64,000 nucleotides of DNA from a virus (IMGVR_UViG_3300023094_000009:64001-128000), one strand, 5' to 3'. Counted from the first letter of the stretch, positions 46,573 to 56,846 are shown. Notes: generated from the sequence alone by a model not told the origin. Translations and numbers: made by a program.

Positions 46573-48378
46573 TTAGTATATCTTGATGGCTACAATTCCA
46601 GCCTCATTTACCCTGACATTTCCTAAACTAACTCCTCCTGCCAAACTTCCCCAGATTTCAATCACATCTCCTGTGGTAGCTGTTGTGTAGGTTATAGTTT
46701 GGATATCTGCATCTCCCGCTGTTTGAGTTAATAATGTGAGAATTGGAATGTTAAACACAGCTGTGGTGTTACTTAAGTCTCCTGCTGTATTATTAGTCCG
46801 TCTCAGCTTAAACGTTGCTGAATTTGCCACTAAAGTTGTAAGTCCTACATAATCTACTTTAACATTTGAGAGAATCAAGTATGTACCTGCTGAAGGTAAT
46901 GTAACTGTAGAGCTTGTTGTTCCACCTGAAATTTTAGCTGAACTGGTTGTTAGATTATAGCCAGTTCCTGTTAAATATCCTGATGGGGAATTGCCAGAAG
47001 CTGGCGAAGAAGAAGGTGCTTGCCATGACACTGATGATCCGTTTGTGGAGAGCATTTTACCCGACTGTCCAGTTTGAGAAGGTAATTCTATTTCATTTGT
47101 CACTGAGCCGTCTACTTCTGCTGTTAAATATACACTGTTATCATAACTAATTGTTGTCCCTGTTGCTTTAACAAATCCGGCTCCATTTAACTGACTTTGT
47201 TTGCCGTTTACATTTGTAGTGAGTGTGTTTATGGAACTCATTGCTGCATTACTAGTCATAATTTTACCAGAAGGAAATGTATCTGATATAAGAGCATACT
47301 TAGCATCTGTTGCCGTTTTGGTGTAATAGTTTGTGTTGGCGGTTGCTGTTTTTAGATATGGTGACAGCATTGAAGATGTATCCGAAATATTCACTTTGAG
47401 ATTCAAAGCTGTTTGAGTGGCAGTAGATACTGGCTTGGAAGCATCACTAGTATTATCTGCATTTCCAAGTCCTACTTGACCCTTATTCATATTTGTCAAT
47501 AATGATCCATTTCCTGTCTTCTTTAGGTATGGAGAGAGCATTGTTAAGCTATCTGAAATATGAACTGAAAGGGGATCGGTTTCTGCTGTTAAGAATCCTG
47601 ACCCGTTTGTAAGTTGATTTGTGTTTGTCGGAATTGTAGGTTTATTTGTAAGATTATTGTAGTCTCCATTAAAAAGTGTCGGAAGACCGATCAAGTCAGA
47701 GTATAAACCACTTGTAGCTACAGTAGAGAAAGTAGGTTTGCCTGTAATAGCTGACCAACTCACTGAACTCAAATATCCATTCGGATTTGTAGCCCCATTG
47801 TAGGGTGTATAACCAATAATCGGCTGATAAGTGGAGGATGCAATAACTGATGTCAGATATCCAGCAGAAGCATGATTACCCCATCCAAAAGCTGTATTCC
47901 AATTGGTAACATTCGTTCCTGTAATTCCATGGGAAGGTGATGTTATCCATAAAGGATCTGTTTCAGTGTAGGAAGTCAGGTATGTTCCCTTCTTCTGCCA
48001 TTTACTAGTTGTGTCCGTAATAAGCAGATACTTGCTTCCTAGAGCAGTTCTTAACACTGTCAGGGAGTCCTTTACCTGAATTGGGGTTGTAAAAGTGGTA
48101 TAAGATATATTTTTTAATCTTCCTGATGGAGTAGAAATTACTAATCTGTTACCTGTTCCAGAAAGGTACTTGAATGCTACAGAGTCTTGGTGAAAATATA
48201 CATAAATTGAATCTCTTAATTTAAACCAAACTTTTCTGTTTCCCGAAGTGCTTCCAGGAGACATGGTTCGATACATTTCATAGCTTCCATCAATAGTGTT
48301 TCCATTTGCTCCTGTAGCATTTTGAGAAAATGTATTTAATCCAAAAAGTAAAAATAATGCTAAAATTGTGTTCTTCAT
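46573..48378 (-). CDS. fibre-like protein with N-terminal signal peptide
   Basis: MKNTILALFLLFGLNTFSQ; ETDP, WNTAFGWGNHA, L.NKP and GLGNADNTSDASKPVSTA fibre motifs. Confidence 0.7.
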   Translation of the reverse strand: MKNTILALFLLFGLNTFSQNATGANGNTIDGSYEMYRTMSPGSTSGNRKVWFKLRDSIYVYFHQDSVAFKYLSGTGNRLVISTPSGRLKNISYTTFTTPIQVKDSLTVLRTALGSKYLLITDTTSKWQKKGTYLTSYTETDPLWITSPSHGITGTNVTNWNTAFGWGNHASAGYLTSVIASSTYQPIIGYTPYNGATNPNGYLSSVSWSAITGKPTFSTVATSGLYSDLIGLPTLFNGDYNNLTNKPTIPTNTNQLTNGSGFLTAETDPLSVHISDSLTMLSPYLKKTGNGSLLTNMNKGQVGLGNADNTSDASKPVSTATQTALNLKVNISDTSSMLSPYLKTATANTNYYTKTATDAKYALISDTFPSGKIMTSNAAMSSINTLTTNVNGKQSQLNGAGFVKATGTTISYDNSVYLTAEVDGSVTNEIELPSQTGQSGKMLSTNGSSVSWQAPSSSPASGNSPSGYLTGTGYNLTTSSAKISGGTTSSTVTLPSAGTYLILSNVKVDYVGLTTLVANSATFKLRRTNNTAGDLSNTTAVFNIPILTLLTQTAGDADIQTITYTTATTGDVIEIWGSLAGGVSLGNVRVNEAGIVAIKIY

Positions 48379-48395
48379 CTATGTGTGTTGGTTGG

Positions 48396-48824
48396 TTACT
48401 CTTCAATTATTCCAGCGAGTCTTAAACTAGCTAATATTTTATTTAATGTTCCTTGTATATCAGAACCATCGTCATCAGGAATTGGAGGTTGTACTTCAAA
48501 AATGGAATTTATCACAGGATTTTGGGGATCTGTATTATCTACTAAATCGCCACTTATGCCCTGAACTCCCATTGACTGTTCAATGTCTGCCATTGTAGCA
48601 ACAGGATTGTCAGCAGAAAGGTTATTGCCATTTTGCATACCCAGAATCTGTGAAACTGTAAAATTCTCCAACCTGATAATTTCATTGTCAGAATTTTTAT
48701 AAGACAATCTTTCTGCGTCTGAACTGAAATATATTTCAAATCTTGAAGCTCTGTCATCAGATTTTCTACTGAACAACACATCTGTAAAATTACCTCTGTA
48801 CTTCTTGTTCTTACTATTACCCAT
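48396..48824 (-). CDS. head-fibre/decoration-like protein
   Basis: C-terminal LNKILASLRLAGII. Confidence 0.5.
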   Translation of the reverse strand: MGNSKNKKYRGNFTDVLFSRKSDDRASRFEIYFSSDAERLSYKNSDNEIIRLENFTVSQILGMQNGNNLSADNPVATMADIEQSMGVQGISGDLVDNTDPQNPVINSIFEVQPPIPDDDGSDIQGTLNKILASLRLAGIIEE

Positions 48825-48826
48825 TT

Positions 48827-50539
48827 CTATTTATTTACTATAGTGTCAGAGATATTGCCTGTAGTTGTACTCATAATGTATCCGTTGTTCACATTATTTT
48901 GAATGTTGGAGTTTGCTGCGCCTATGTTGGATATATCTCCATTATTTCTGTTGTATTGAATATCTCCAGTATTTAAATTATTACTTATACTTCCATTGTT
49001 AAGGTTGTTGGCAATATCTCCGCCGTTTGTATTCACAGCAAGTCTTCCAAGATTTGAATTATTTACAATAAAGCCGTCATTATCATTTTCAGCTATGTCA
49101 GCTATGCAGGAGTTGTTTTTAATTGCCCCGTTATTTGTATTTGAGGCGATTTCACTTTCATTTGAATTACTGCTTATTTCTCCATCATTAGAGTTACTAT
49201 AGATAGCTCCTTTATTTGAATTACTGGCTATTTGACCATCATTAGAATTGTCATTTATATCTCCTAGATTTGTGTTTAGTGTGATAAGCGAAGTATTTAA
49301 ATTTTCTGATATACTTCCTAAATTACTGTTATACGTAATACTTCCAACATTACTGTTTGCATTAATGGTAGAAGTATTGGAGTTTCTCTCTATTGATCCC
49401 TCATTGGTATTATCATATATGCCAATACAAGTGTTATCAGCTATATTGCCGACATTGGAGTTATTCTGGAGTTCTCCTTGATTAGAATTGTTATGTATGT
49501 ATCCTGTATTCGTATTGTCTCTGATATTTCTGCATGAGTTATAATATATGTCTCCAGCATTTGAATTTTTAGCAATTTCCCCCTGTAATTTATTACTATA
49601 TATTAATGTTTCATTTGAATTATTGTAAATCCCAAAGCAATTATTATTGAAAATACTTGGATTGCCCCAATCTGTGATATCTATAAAATTAAATGAAGAA
49701 CCTAGACTATTGTTATTTAGATACCAATCAAAAGACATAATATTTCCCCTCTCATCCCATTGTTCACTAACCCAATCATGTGTAAAGTCATAAACACAAC
49801 CAAAAGTTTTACTGGTATAATAGGTATCATTTGTTATAGGGATCAACACCCAATTTGTACTGTCTAAAGTTATATCATCATCCGCAGAACCTATATTCCC
49901 TGTAAGACTTCTCCATACTTTCCCTCCCCAAACAGCTACATCATTTATAGCAGGATTCAGGGAACTGTACCAAACTCCCATTATTCCTGTTGCTGGAGTG
50001 TAATATGCACTCTTTACGATCCTCATTGTTCTTTCTCCTACACTGGAAAGGATATTATTTGCAAGAGCCTGAACAAAGATTCCTTTGTCGGTAATGCTGT
50101 ATGTTACTCCTTCTATCAACTCTTCATCAGAAATAAGTGTTTCAGCTTCTGCGTATGTCACTTCTATGAAAAATGGTTCAGATTCACCTCCGTTACAGAT
50201 ATTATTGGTTGAAATAACTGTATTGGTAAGGTCTTCAACTACATCAATTCTGACCCCACCAAATTCACACACAACTCCTGCTGATATAGCTGTAACTACA
50301 ATATGTGCATCTGTTGACAGTGTTTGTTGTATCTGGCAGATTGTTTCTCCAAAAGTCTCCATGACCCTCGTAAGTTCATTCCCTTTTTCTACACCCAGAC
50401 ATTCAATATCTTTCCCACAATACAAAAGTCTCTCCTGACTGTTGCAGGGGTCACACTTTGGGGCGCATGTATTTGGTTTGTAGCAATTATTATGGTGTCC
50501 GTTATTGTGACAACTATGATTTCCGCATTTATTACACAT
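48827..50539 (-). CDS. tail fibre/spike with Asn-rich beta-helix repeats
   Basis: Cys/His-rich N-terminus; many ~11-aa N.N.G.I..repeats. Confidence 0.65.
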   Translation of the reverse strand: MCNKCGNHSCHNNGHHNNCYKPNTCAPKCDPCNSQERLLYCGKDIECLGVEKGNELTRVMETFGETICQIQQTLSTDAHIVVTAISAGVVCEFGGVRIDVVEDLTNTVISTNNICNGGESEPFFIEVTYAEAETLISDEELIEGVTYSITDKGIFVQALANNILSSVGERTMRIVKSAYYTPATGIMGVWYSSLNPAINDVAVWGGKVWRSLTGNIGSADDDITLDSTNWVLIPITNDTYYTSKTFGCVYDFTHDWVSEQWDERGNIMSFDWYLNNNSLGSSFNFIDITDWGNPSIFNNNCFGIYNNSNETLIYSNKLQGEIAKNSNAGDIYYNSCRNIRDNTNTGYIHNNSNQGELQNNSNVGNIADNTCIGIYDNTNEGSIERNSNTSTINANSNVGSITYNSNLGSISENLNTSLITLNTNLGDINDNSNDGQIASNSNKGAIYSNSNDGEISSNSNESEIASNTNNGAIKNNSCIADIAENDNDGFIVNNSNLGRLAVNTNGGDIANNLNNGSISNNLNTGDIQYNRNNGDISNIGAANSNIQNNVNNGYIMSTTTGNISDTIVNK

Positions 50540-50540
50540 A

Positions 50541-51143
50541 TTACATTTTCTTTATTATCATTTTTATATAGTCTAGCTGAGGAGTTCCTCCGCTTATGTA
50601 TGTTACTTTTAAATCGGGTATCAAGGTATCTCCCTGGGCCAGATTTACGTATAGCTTAGATGTAGTGGGATAATTTCCTGAGGATGTCCTTAACTCTGAA
50701 GAGGCAAAGTTGCTTAGACTTGTACCAGGTGTATAGGCAGGAGTAGATGGTGTAGCACCATTAACACGCAACCCTAAAACCCAGTTTACTGCAAAACCAC
50801 TGTCAACGGATATTGCTGTTTCCAAGTCAATCTCATACGTTCCTGCTCCTGTGCTTATAGTTTGTAGAAGAGCTGAGGAGTATGTGTTATCAGGATATGC
50901 TGTGTTTGTCCTCATCCATGTATTTGTAGTGAATGCACTAAAATCACCAGCCCACATTCTTGTTGCAACAAGAGGGGAACAATCACACTCTGTGCAAACT
51001 GCTGTATTAATTTTACCTAATACAGTATTGAAGTCATCTCCCTTTTCTACATTAATGCATTCGAGCCTGTCCCCACAGTACTTAAGTGTAGGCTTTACTC
51101 CTCCTTTTGTCCCGCAACCACAATCTTTTTTCTTAGATGCCAT
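50541..51143 (-). CDS. Cys-rich structural (fibre/hub) protein
   Basis: YCG..LEC..VEKG module shared with the 570-aa protein. Confidence 0.6.
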   Translation of the reverse strand: MASKKKDCGCGTKGGVKPTLKYCGDRLECINVEKGDDFNTVLGKINTAVCTECDCSPLVATRMWAGDFSAFTTNTWMRTNTAYPDNTYSSALLQTISTGAGTYEIDLETAISVDSGFAVNWVLGLRVNGATPSTPAYTPGTSLSNFASSELRTSSGNYPTTSKLYVNLAQGDTLIPDLKVTYISGGTPQLDYIKMIIKKM

Positions 51144-51145
51144 GT

Positions 51146-51964
51146 TTACTTCAGTTTTATTATGTCTTGTACTTTACTTTCTGGCGTAATATGAATTCCA
51201 TTATTCTTGTAATATGATAAGAATCGGTTGATGTAGTTATTACCTGTCCTTGGGCTTGTCGCATATATTTTTACAAATTGATCAAGTTGCCCTGTATATA
51301 TAAAATCATATCCCGGCAGATATGGAGACTTCCCTCCATAAGTTTTTGGATTATCATTTATTTCCTTTGAGTAATAAGGTTTTATTAACTTTCTTTTCCC
51401 AAGTGGAAATGCAGAATGTTTTCCAGATGCAACCTTAAGAACATAATCCCGAAGAGCTAAAATTCCATCCTCAAGCGTGGGGAATCTTCTTGTTGCTCCT
51501 GAATCTGTATTGCCTACATTTCCAGGGTTATTGGTATTGAAATTCTTTTCCCCGTAATCGTACCCCTCTTGCATTGCAATTGTATTCATAAATAACTTAA
51601 GCCCTTTCGGATCATTAATTAGAACTTTTTCTGATGCGGGTAAGTACTTTTCCAACATTCCTTTGCTGAAGGTAATTGTTACTTCATCGTTGTAAGGAGC
51701 ATCAGGATAAGTGCTTCCTTTGATTGTTACATTTTTGTATTTATCTGTTTTTGCCGTTTCCTCTTTTAAGAGAGCTACGTCTGAACGGACATAGCCTTTT
51801 ATCCCTTCTATTTTCACATTATACCACACCTTTCCATTATGTGGAGGTGTTGTAAGAATATATTCTGCCCCTTTCTTGTCAGTGATTACGCTTACAATCT
51901 TAGAATCTGTGTCAGGTAACTGTCTTACATTTGTAGCTGAGCCTTTTGCAAATATTTTTTTCAT
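51146..51964 (-). CDS. putative endolysin: SH3-like domain plus lysozyme-like domain
   Basis: NVRQLPDTDS...WYNVKIEGIKGYV (SH3b-like); NNPGNV...F.TLEDG; start reassigned to ATG 51964 (ATGA overlap). Confidence 0.7.
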   Translation of the reverse strand: MKKIFAKGSATNVRQLPDTDSKIVSVITDKKGAEYILTTPPHNGKVWYNVKIEGIKGYVRSDVALLKEETAKTDKYKNVTIKGSTYPDAPYNDEVTITFSKGMLEKYLPASEKVLINDPKGLKLFMNTIAMQEGYDYGEKNFNTNNPGNVGNTDSGATRRFPTLEDGILALRDYVLKVASGKHSAFPLGKRKLIKPYYSKEINDNPKTYGGKSPYLPGYDFIYTGQLDQFVKIYATSPRTGNNYINRFLSYYKNNGIHITPESKVQDIIKLK

Positions 51965-52776
51965 ACGCCTCTGTTTAAATTTGTGTTCATTGTCTGAATC
52001 CCAAGGTATGATATTGTTCTTTCCTTCATTAATAAGGAATCTCCTATTGTACATCCTGAACATTCATTATCCATATAAACTGCTGATCCAAAAGTAGGAT
52101 TCATTGCCCCTATCCATAAGTTAGCACTTGGAATTATACCTGTAGTAGGAGAGATAGTCTGTGCTATTATTTTCTCATTTTTCTGTATAACTCTGCCTTC
52201 CACAACAGAAACATTCCCCTGATAGAAATACTGGGAACCAATACTTGGTTCTATAACTGAAAATCTTGTAGAAAGATTACCATCATCATAGATAACCTCG
52301 CTTCCGCCAGCTCGTTGTATAGCGAGTCCATATAAAGGATTTCCTGTTGATGTATCACCTACTCCAATGTTCCATCCATTTCCTACAACTGCATTGGTTC
52401 TTGAAGAGAAACTTATGTTGTGGTCTGCCTGAAAATTTGTAAATTCTGTGGATATATTCAGACCTGTGTCTGCGTAAGCATTTACACCATTTGGTTTTGC
52501 TCCTGTTGCAGAGTGAATCCATACTCCCGAAAAGCTTAACTGATATTGTGCAGGGTTTTTTAAATTAAATGAATGCGTAAAAGCAGAGCCTCCCACCATA
52601 GGATAAATAGCTTTGTACTTATTCCATATTCCATTTATTTTGTAAAACTTTACTAACCAATCAATCTGATCAATTATATCTGCATCAGAGATACCTGTAG
52701 AATTTATAAAATTTTGTGTATCAGGATCTATTGGAGTAACTGAACTTCTTACCTTTATATATAAGTCGTTATTCAT
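51961..52776 (-). CDS. LamG/ConA-like putative tail protein
   Basis: GIWNK..AIYPMVGG...FNLKNP, AYADTG. Confidence 0.55.
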   Translation of the reverse strand: MNNDLYIKVRSSVTPIDPDTQNFINSTGISDADIIDQIDWLVKFYKINGIWNKYKAIYPMVGGSAFTHSFNLKNPAQYQLSFSGVWIHSATGAKPNGVNAYADTGLNISTEFTNFQADHNISFSSRTNAVVGNGWNIGVGDTSTGNPLYGLAIQRAGGSEVIYDDGNLSTRFSVIEPSIGSQYFYQGNVSVVEGRVIQKNEKIIAQTISPTTGIIPSANLWIGAMNPTFGSAVYMDNECSGCTIGDSLLMKERTISYLGIQTMNTNLNRGV

Positions 52777-53639
52777 ATTTTTTCAATGTCTAAAGTTATC
52801 ACTGAAACACCATCAACAGAAACATCAATTTCATCACCAAAAATTATTGATGTGCCTAATGTGTAAGGAGTTCCGTTAACTTCTATAACTGCCACTGGCG
52901 CGTTATTTACATCTGTCACACTATTTATCTTAAAATCATAAGGTGCATAGAGTGTGACATCTAGGGTCCCTTCCATGAAATCCAGAGTCCAACCATATTT
53001 TAAAACATAATCACTTTGAGCTAATGTGGAAGGCGTAACAAACTTATCGCTGTTTGTTCCAGTGTTAACTTCTGTCTGTGTAGCTTGATACGCACTTTTT
53101 TGGTAAATCCACTCTATACCATCAGAATAATAGAATCCTTCTGGGTAGTATGTTCCTCCAAGACTTCCGGGTAACCAAGCTGTTCCTTGACTGTTCTGTG
53201 TAATGTAGATTTGACCTTCCACTGTTGCCGGATCAGGAAGTGCTGAATAATTAGCTACAATTGTTGGATCTTCTTCATAATCTTCCAAATCTGAAAACCT
53301 TACAAATGGATCTGCTCCTCCGTTCTGAAATTCTTCAAGGTCATAGGCAGAGGGATCGAAGGGTACTCCTCCACCTGAATTAAAATTTCCTGTGTTGTTC
53401 TGATAGAATTCTTCCCACTCTTCCAAGGAATACTGTGTCCCGTCTTCTTTTAGTATTTGGGTAAGTCGTAAAGTAACATTACATCCCCAACCTCTTACAT
53501 TTAAAATTTTATATGATCTTCTATTTTCTGTGTTCTGGATTACTCTTACGTCTTTAACCAATCCTGTCCAGATATGCTGTCCATCTTCTGAGGTTATATA
53601 GATGTAGTTTCCAACTCTGAATATCCTGTATCGTTTCAT
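52773..53639 (-). CDS. tail fibre-related protein
   Basis: ATQTEVNTGT..DKFVTP.TL fibre motif. Confidence 0.55.
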   Translation of the reverse strand: MKRYRIFRVGNYIYITSEDGQHIWTGLVKDVRVIQNTENRRSYKILNVRGWGCNVTLRLTQILKEDGTQYSLEEWEEFYQNNTGNFNSGGGVPFDPSAYDLEEFQNGGADPFVRFSDLEDYEEDPTIVANYSALPDPATVEGQIYITQNSQGTAWLPGSLGGTYYPEGFYYSDGIEWIYQKSAYQATQTEVNTGTNSDKFVTPSTLAQSDYVLKYGWTLDFMEGTLDVTLYAPYDFKINSVTDVNNAPVAVIEVNGTPYTLGTSIIFGDEIDVSVDGVSVITLDIEKI

Positions 53640-53927
53640 CTAAATTCTTTTTTCAAGCTCTGCAACTTTTTTGGTTAGATTTACTATCAGTTCTTTATGC
53701 TCTCCCAGGGAAGTTTCACACGCTATCCTGTGTTCCCTCTCTTCATCAAGCATCTGATCGAGCTTAGCTAAAAGTTTAGAAGAAGTTTCAACTATTTGGT
53801 CAGTTCCTTTTGTAATTGCGTCTGTGTTTTCGTTTTTAGCTCTCTGTCGCCCTCCAAAACGCCACGCTGCCATAGTCGCCACCAATCCTGTAATTCCTAT
53901 TGCAATTTCTGTGTTATCCATGCTCAT
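53640..53927 (-). CDS. single-TM coiled-coil protein (holin-like)
   Basis: N-terminal TM followed by coiled coil. Confidence 0.5.
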   Translation of the reverse strand: MSMDNTEIAIGITGLVATMAAWRFGGRQRAKNENTDAITKGTDQIVETSSKLLAKLDQMLDEEREHRIACETSLGEHKELIVNLTKKVAELEKRI

Positions 53928-54244
53928 CAGCTCATTCTTATTTTTACAAATCCATCTGGCGTTTTATAAGGCTTGCCTACTTCTACACCTCCTGCTGTTG
54001 CGGCTGCATCATTTGCATATATCTGCAAGGTGGCATAATCTATTTTTCTTCCTAAAGCAATCCATATACTCTTTATCCTTTGCTCTAAAGTCAGAATCAG
54101 CTTAGAGAGAAAGTCTCCCTGTACGATGCCAAAATATGTATTCTGATTCAAAACTACACACTCCTCAGATACAAATTCTCCATCGCAATCAATAGGTGAA
54201 TTATCAACTTCTGGATCGCAATCCTTTCTACAATGTCGCGGCAT
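53927..54244 (-). CDS. Cys-rich small structural protein
   Basis: YANDAAATAGGV.VG..Y motif. Confidence 0.55.
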   Translation of the reverse strand: MPRHCRKDCDPEVDNSPIDCDGEFVSEECVVLNQNTYFGIVQGDFLSKLILTLEQRIKSIWIALGRKIDYATLQIYANDAAATAGGVEVGKPYKTPDGFVKIRMS

Positions 54245-54246
54245 AT

Positions 54247-54984
54247 TTATTTAATTTTTTCAACAATCATCTTGACATAGTTCAATACATATGTCGCTTC
54301 TGTTTGCTTTTTGGTGGAAAATCTTGCAATATCATTCGTCTGCATTTTAACTACAAACGTCACTGTATTGCTATTATAAGTCGTTACAAGAACCTGACTG
54401 AACAAACTGGTCAAAGGAGCAAATCCGTTCAAGCTTAATCCTACATTGAATGTAGCAGTGGTTTGATTTGAAGCATTTATTCCTAACTCAAATGTAAACT
54501 TGTAGGTTCCAGTTTTTGTAGCCTTGTATTGAAGTTCTGTTGCCGTTGAGTTTAACCAATCGGTTGTGGTTACATTAAGCGTAGTTGAATAGGCATCAAA
54601 CTTCTTTAGGATTTCACAGCAAGTGTCGTCCTCACAATTTTCCTCTCCGCAATTGTTACAATTCTCTGGAACTTCTTCCCCATCAAGACGTTTAACTATA
54701 TCACAAAGAAGGCTTTCATGAGCACCTACAACATCTTTCAATGTCAAGCCCCTATCTGAATCTGATACCTCATATTCTAGGCAACAGCCAAATTCAGAAA
54801 AATTTAAATCCTCTGTAGTCTGATCAATGGCTACTGTGAGGTCTTCAATTACTTCTTCTACATTCAGGCAATCATCTTCGTCCAGAGTAGAATTTTCACG
54901 TAGGATTCCTTCATAGTCTACACATCGTGCATTTATTGTTGGAAAACATCTGTCAGATAATTCTGGCTTACATTTTTTTGCCAT
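54247..54984 (-). CDS. Cys-rich structural (fibre/hub) protein
   Basis: CVDYEG, GCCL, CNNC..C..CC; beta-rich C-terminus. Confidence 0.6.
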   Translation of the reverse strand: MAKKCKPELSDRCFPTINARCVDYEGILRENSTLDEDDCLNVEEVIEDLTVAIDQTTEDLNFSEFGCCLEYEVSDSDRGLTLKDVVGAHESLLCDIVKRLDGEEVPENCNNCGEENCEDDTCCEILKKFDAYSTTLNVTTTDWLNSTATELQYKATKTGTYKFTFELGINASNQTTATFNVGLSLNGFAPLTSLFSQVLVTTYNSNTVTFVVKMQTNDIARFSTKKQTEATYVLNYVKMIVEKIK

Positions 54985-55213
54985 ACCTCTTTATTTTTTG
55001 TTCTATTGTTTTTATATGGTCTTCTGTAAGATAGCACGGCTCTTGGCAGTAAATATTGTCTAGAAATATGAGTTCACTTATTTCACATTCTGTTGGAGGA
55101 CATCCAACTTTAAATCTTCTGAATTTTTCCAGTTGGTTGTGAGAGTAAATCAGAGCTTCTGTTATAACTCTCCTCAAGTCATGCCTCAATATGTCCTGTG
55201 TGCTATTCTCCAT
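54968..55213 (-). CDS. hypothetical structural protein
   Basis: 81 aa, coupled operon. Confidence 0.55.
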   Translation of the reverse strand: MENSTQDILRHDLRRVITEALIYSHNQLEKFRRFKVGCPPTECEISELIFLDNIYCQEPCYLTEDHIKTIEQKIKRYGKKM

Positions 55214-55463
55214 TGATGCTGTCCTTTAGTGTTTGGATAAACTCATTTGAGGGGCAGAACTTGGAATTTGTCAAGAGGTTTGCTATCTCTGTTGCAGTTG
55301 TTAGCAGGTATTCCTTTCTTGTGAGGTCTATTGTACTGTTAGCTTTTATTAGAGCTGTTTTTTTCAGTTCTTTTAGCTTATTCCTTTTGTTGGGGCAGTC
55401 TATGCTATTCGCTCCATAAAGCAAGGAATTTTTTTTCTTTTTGGCGCATGCTGAACATCCCAT
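55203..55463 (-). CDS. hypothetical structural protein
   Basis: 86 aa, MGCSAC start. Confidence 0.55.
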   Translation of the reverse strand: MGCSACAKKKKNSLLYGANSIDCPNKRNKLKELKKTALIKANSTIDLTRKEYLLTTATEIANLLTNSKFCPSNEFIQTLKDSINGE

Positions 55464-55464
55464 A

Positions 55465-55980
55465 TCACTGACAATTTTTGCAATTAATAATCTTATCTAA
55501 TGCTTTTCTTGCCACTCGGTAGGCATAGTTAGCATCTTTAATCAATCCTTTTCTATTATAGGCTTCTGCCACTTTTTTCTGAAATTCTATTTCCAGCAAA
55601 TCCTTTCTCTGACAATCCGTACACTCTCTGCTCAAAGCTTCAATGTAAGCGATGTCTAAATCCCTTTGCAGAATATCTAGCTTCAAGTAATCATACTCAA
55701 CAAAGAACTTGTCTGGTGAAGCCTTGATGAGAACGTGATAGAGTCCATCTGGCAATTCCACTGAAGGACAAGTATCATCACAGATCATATCCAAAGAGGA
55801 AGCGTCATAAGAAGTATCCTGCTTGTAGAAATATCTCTTCACTGGCGAAGAATAGCCCGGCATCGTGATTTCTATTACAGCAGGTTTATCCTGAGCAATA
55901 CCCCAACAAGACAAGTCTTGAATATGCAGAAAATATAAGTCACTGCTTATACGAAAGTCTATTTCTATGTTAGGATTCAT
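55465..55980 (-). CDS. putative tail hub protein
   Basis: LPDGLY.V motif and C-terminal helical CxxC pairs. Confidence 0.55.
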   Translation of the reverse strand: MNPNIEIDFRISSDLYFLHIQDLSCWGIAQDKPAVIEITMPGYSSPVKRYFYKQDTSYDASSLDMICDDTCPSVELPDGLYHVLIKASPDKFFVEYDYLKLDILQRDLDIAYIEALSRECTDCQRKDLLEIEFQKKVAEAYNRKGLIKDANYAYRVARKALDKIINCKNCQ

Positions 55981-56055
55981 GTTATAAAATTAAGGGATTT
56001 TTATGGTAATCTAAAATAAATGGATAATGTGTCTATTTAGAATTTATTTGCTTTT

Positions 56056-56586
56056 TTAAAACTTATTCCCGAGAACATATCCTACAACAAGTCCTGCAAC
56101 ACCTCCTTCAAGTCTTCCTTTCCACCTGTTTTTCTTGGATGTTTTCTTTTCCTTTTCAACATCTTGCTTCAAGCCTGAAATTTCATCCTTGTAAACTATT
56201 TTAACCAAAGAATCATTCTTAATAACTCCCTGTTGTGTACTAATGACGAATTCTTGCTTATCAATTATTGTGTCTTGTTTCAGAACTGTCTCTAAACAAG
56301 TTTTTCTTAGCAGGTAGGTGGATGTATCTGCTTTCTGGTACAGAAGTGAATCAAGAGTTCTTCTTAGTTGTATGTAGTCTTGTCCTTCCTGTATATATTT
56401 AATTTCAGATAGAGTTTTATATATTTCAGTCTTTTTTCCTGCGCTCTCTTCTTCAATTGCTTGGACTATTGGTGACTCTTTTATCTTGACTTCTTTTTTA
56501 TTTCCCGCCAGAAATAAAATGAGCATCAACGTCCCAAAAATAAGTCCAATAATTCCTATCGCGGGTAATATTTTATCCTTCCACAT
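56056..56586 (-). CDS. putative spanin-like protein
   Basis: N-terminal TM, coiled coil, C-terminal GGVAGLVVG; follows holin. Confidence 0.5.
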   Translation of the reverse strand: MWKDKILPAIGIIGLIFGTLMLILFLAGNKKEVKIKESPIVQAIEEESAGKKTEIYKTLSEIKYIQEGQDYIQLRRTLDSLLYQKADTSTYLLRKTCLETVLKQDTIIDKQEFVISTQQGVIKNDSLVKIVYKDEISGLKQDVEKEKKTSKKNRWKGRLEGGVAGLVVGYVLGNKF

Positions 56587-56800
56587 CTTGTTTTGATTTT
56601 TTGTCCCAAACTGTAAGTCCCAGAGTTACAGCAGTTAGCATTAAAAGACCCTCGAAAACATATTCTTTGGTTTCTAGTTTAAATACTACAGGAAGGACAA
56701 TCTCGTATACTAGTGCTCCTGTGAAAGCAAAGAATGCTGTCAATGATTTTCTTGACCATACTCCTGCTTTATTCTTTAGTGTATCTCTGATTATTTTCAT
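56573..56800 (-). CDS. putative two-TM holin
   Basis: WSRKSL then two TM helices and a charged C-tail. Confidence 0.65.
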   Translation of the reverse strand: MKIIRDTLKNKAGVWSRKSLTAFFAFTGALVYEIVLPVVFKLETKEYVFEGLLMLTAVTLGLTVWDKKSKQDVEG

Positions 56801-56818
56801 TAGATTTTATTTTAAAAG

Positions 56819-56846
56819 AAAAAGGGCAGGTTATTAGCCCACCCTT
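56819..56846 (-). terminator. intrinsic terminator
   Basis: AAGGGTGGGCT...CCTGCCCTT plus T-run. Confidence 0.65.

Noticed and set aside
51965-52063. N-terminal extension of the endolysin in the ORF track
   Set aside because: Overlaps the upstream gene; ATG 51964 gives a standard ATGA overlap
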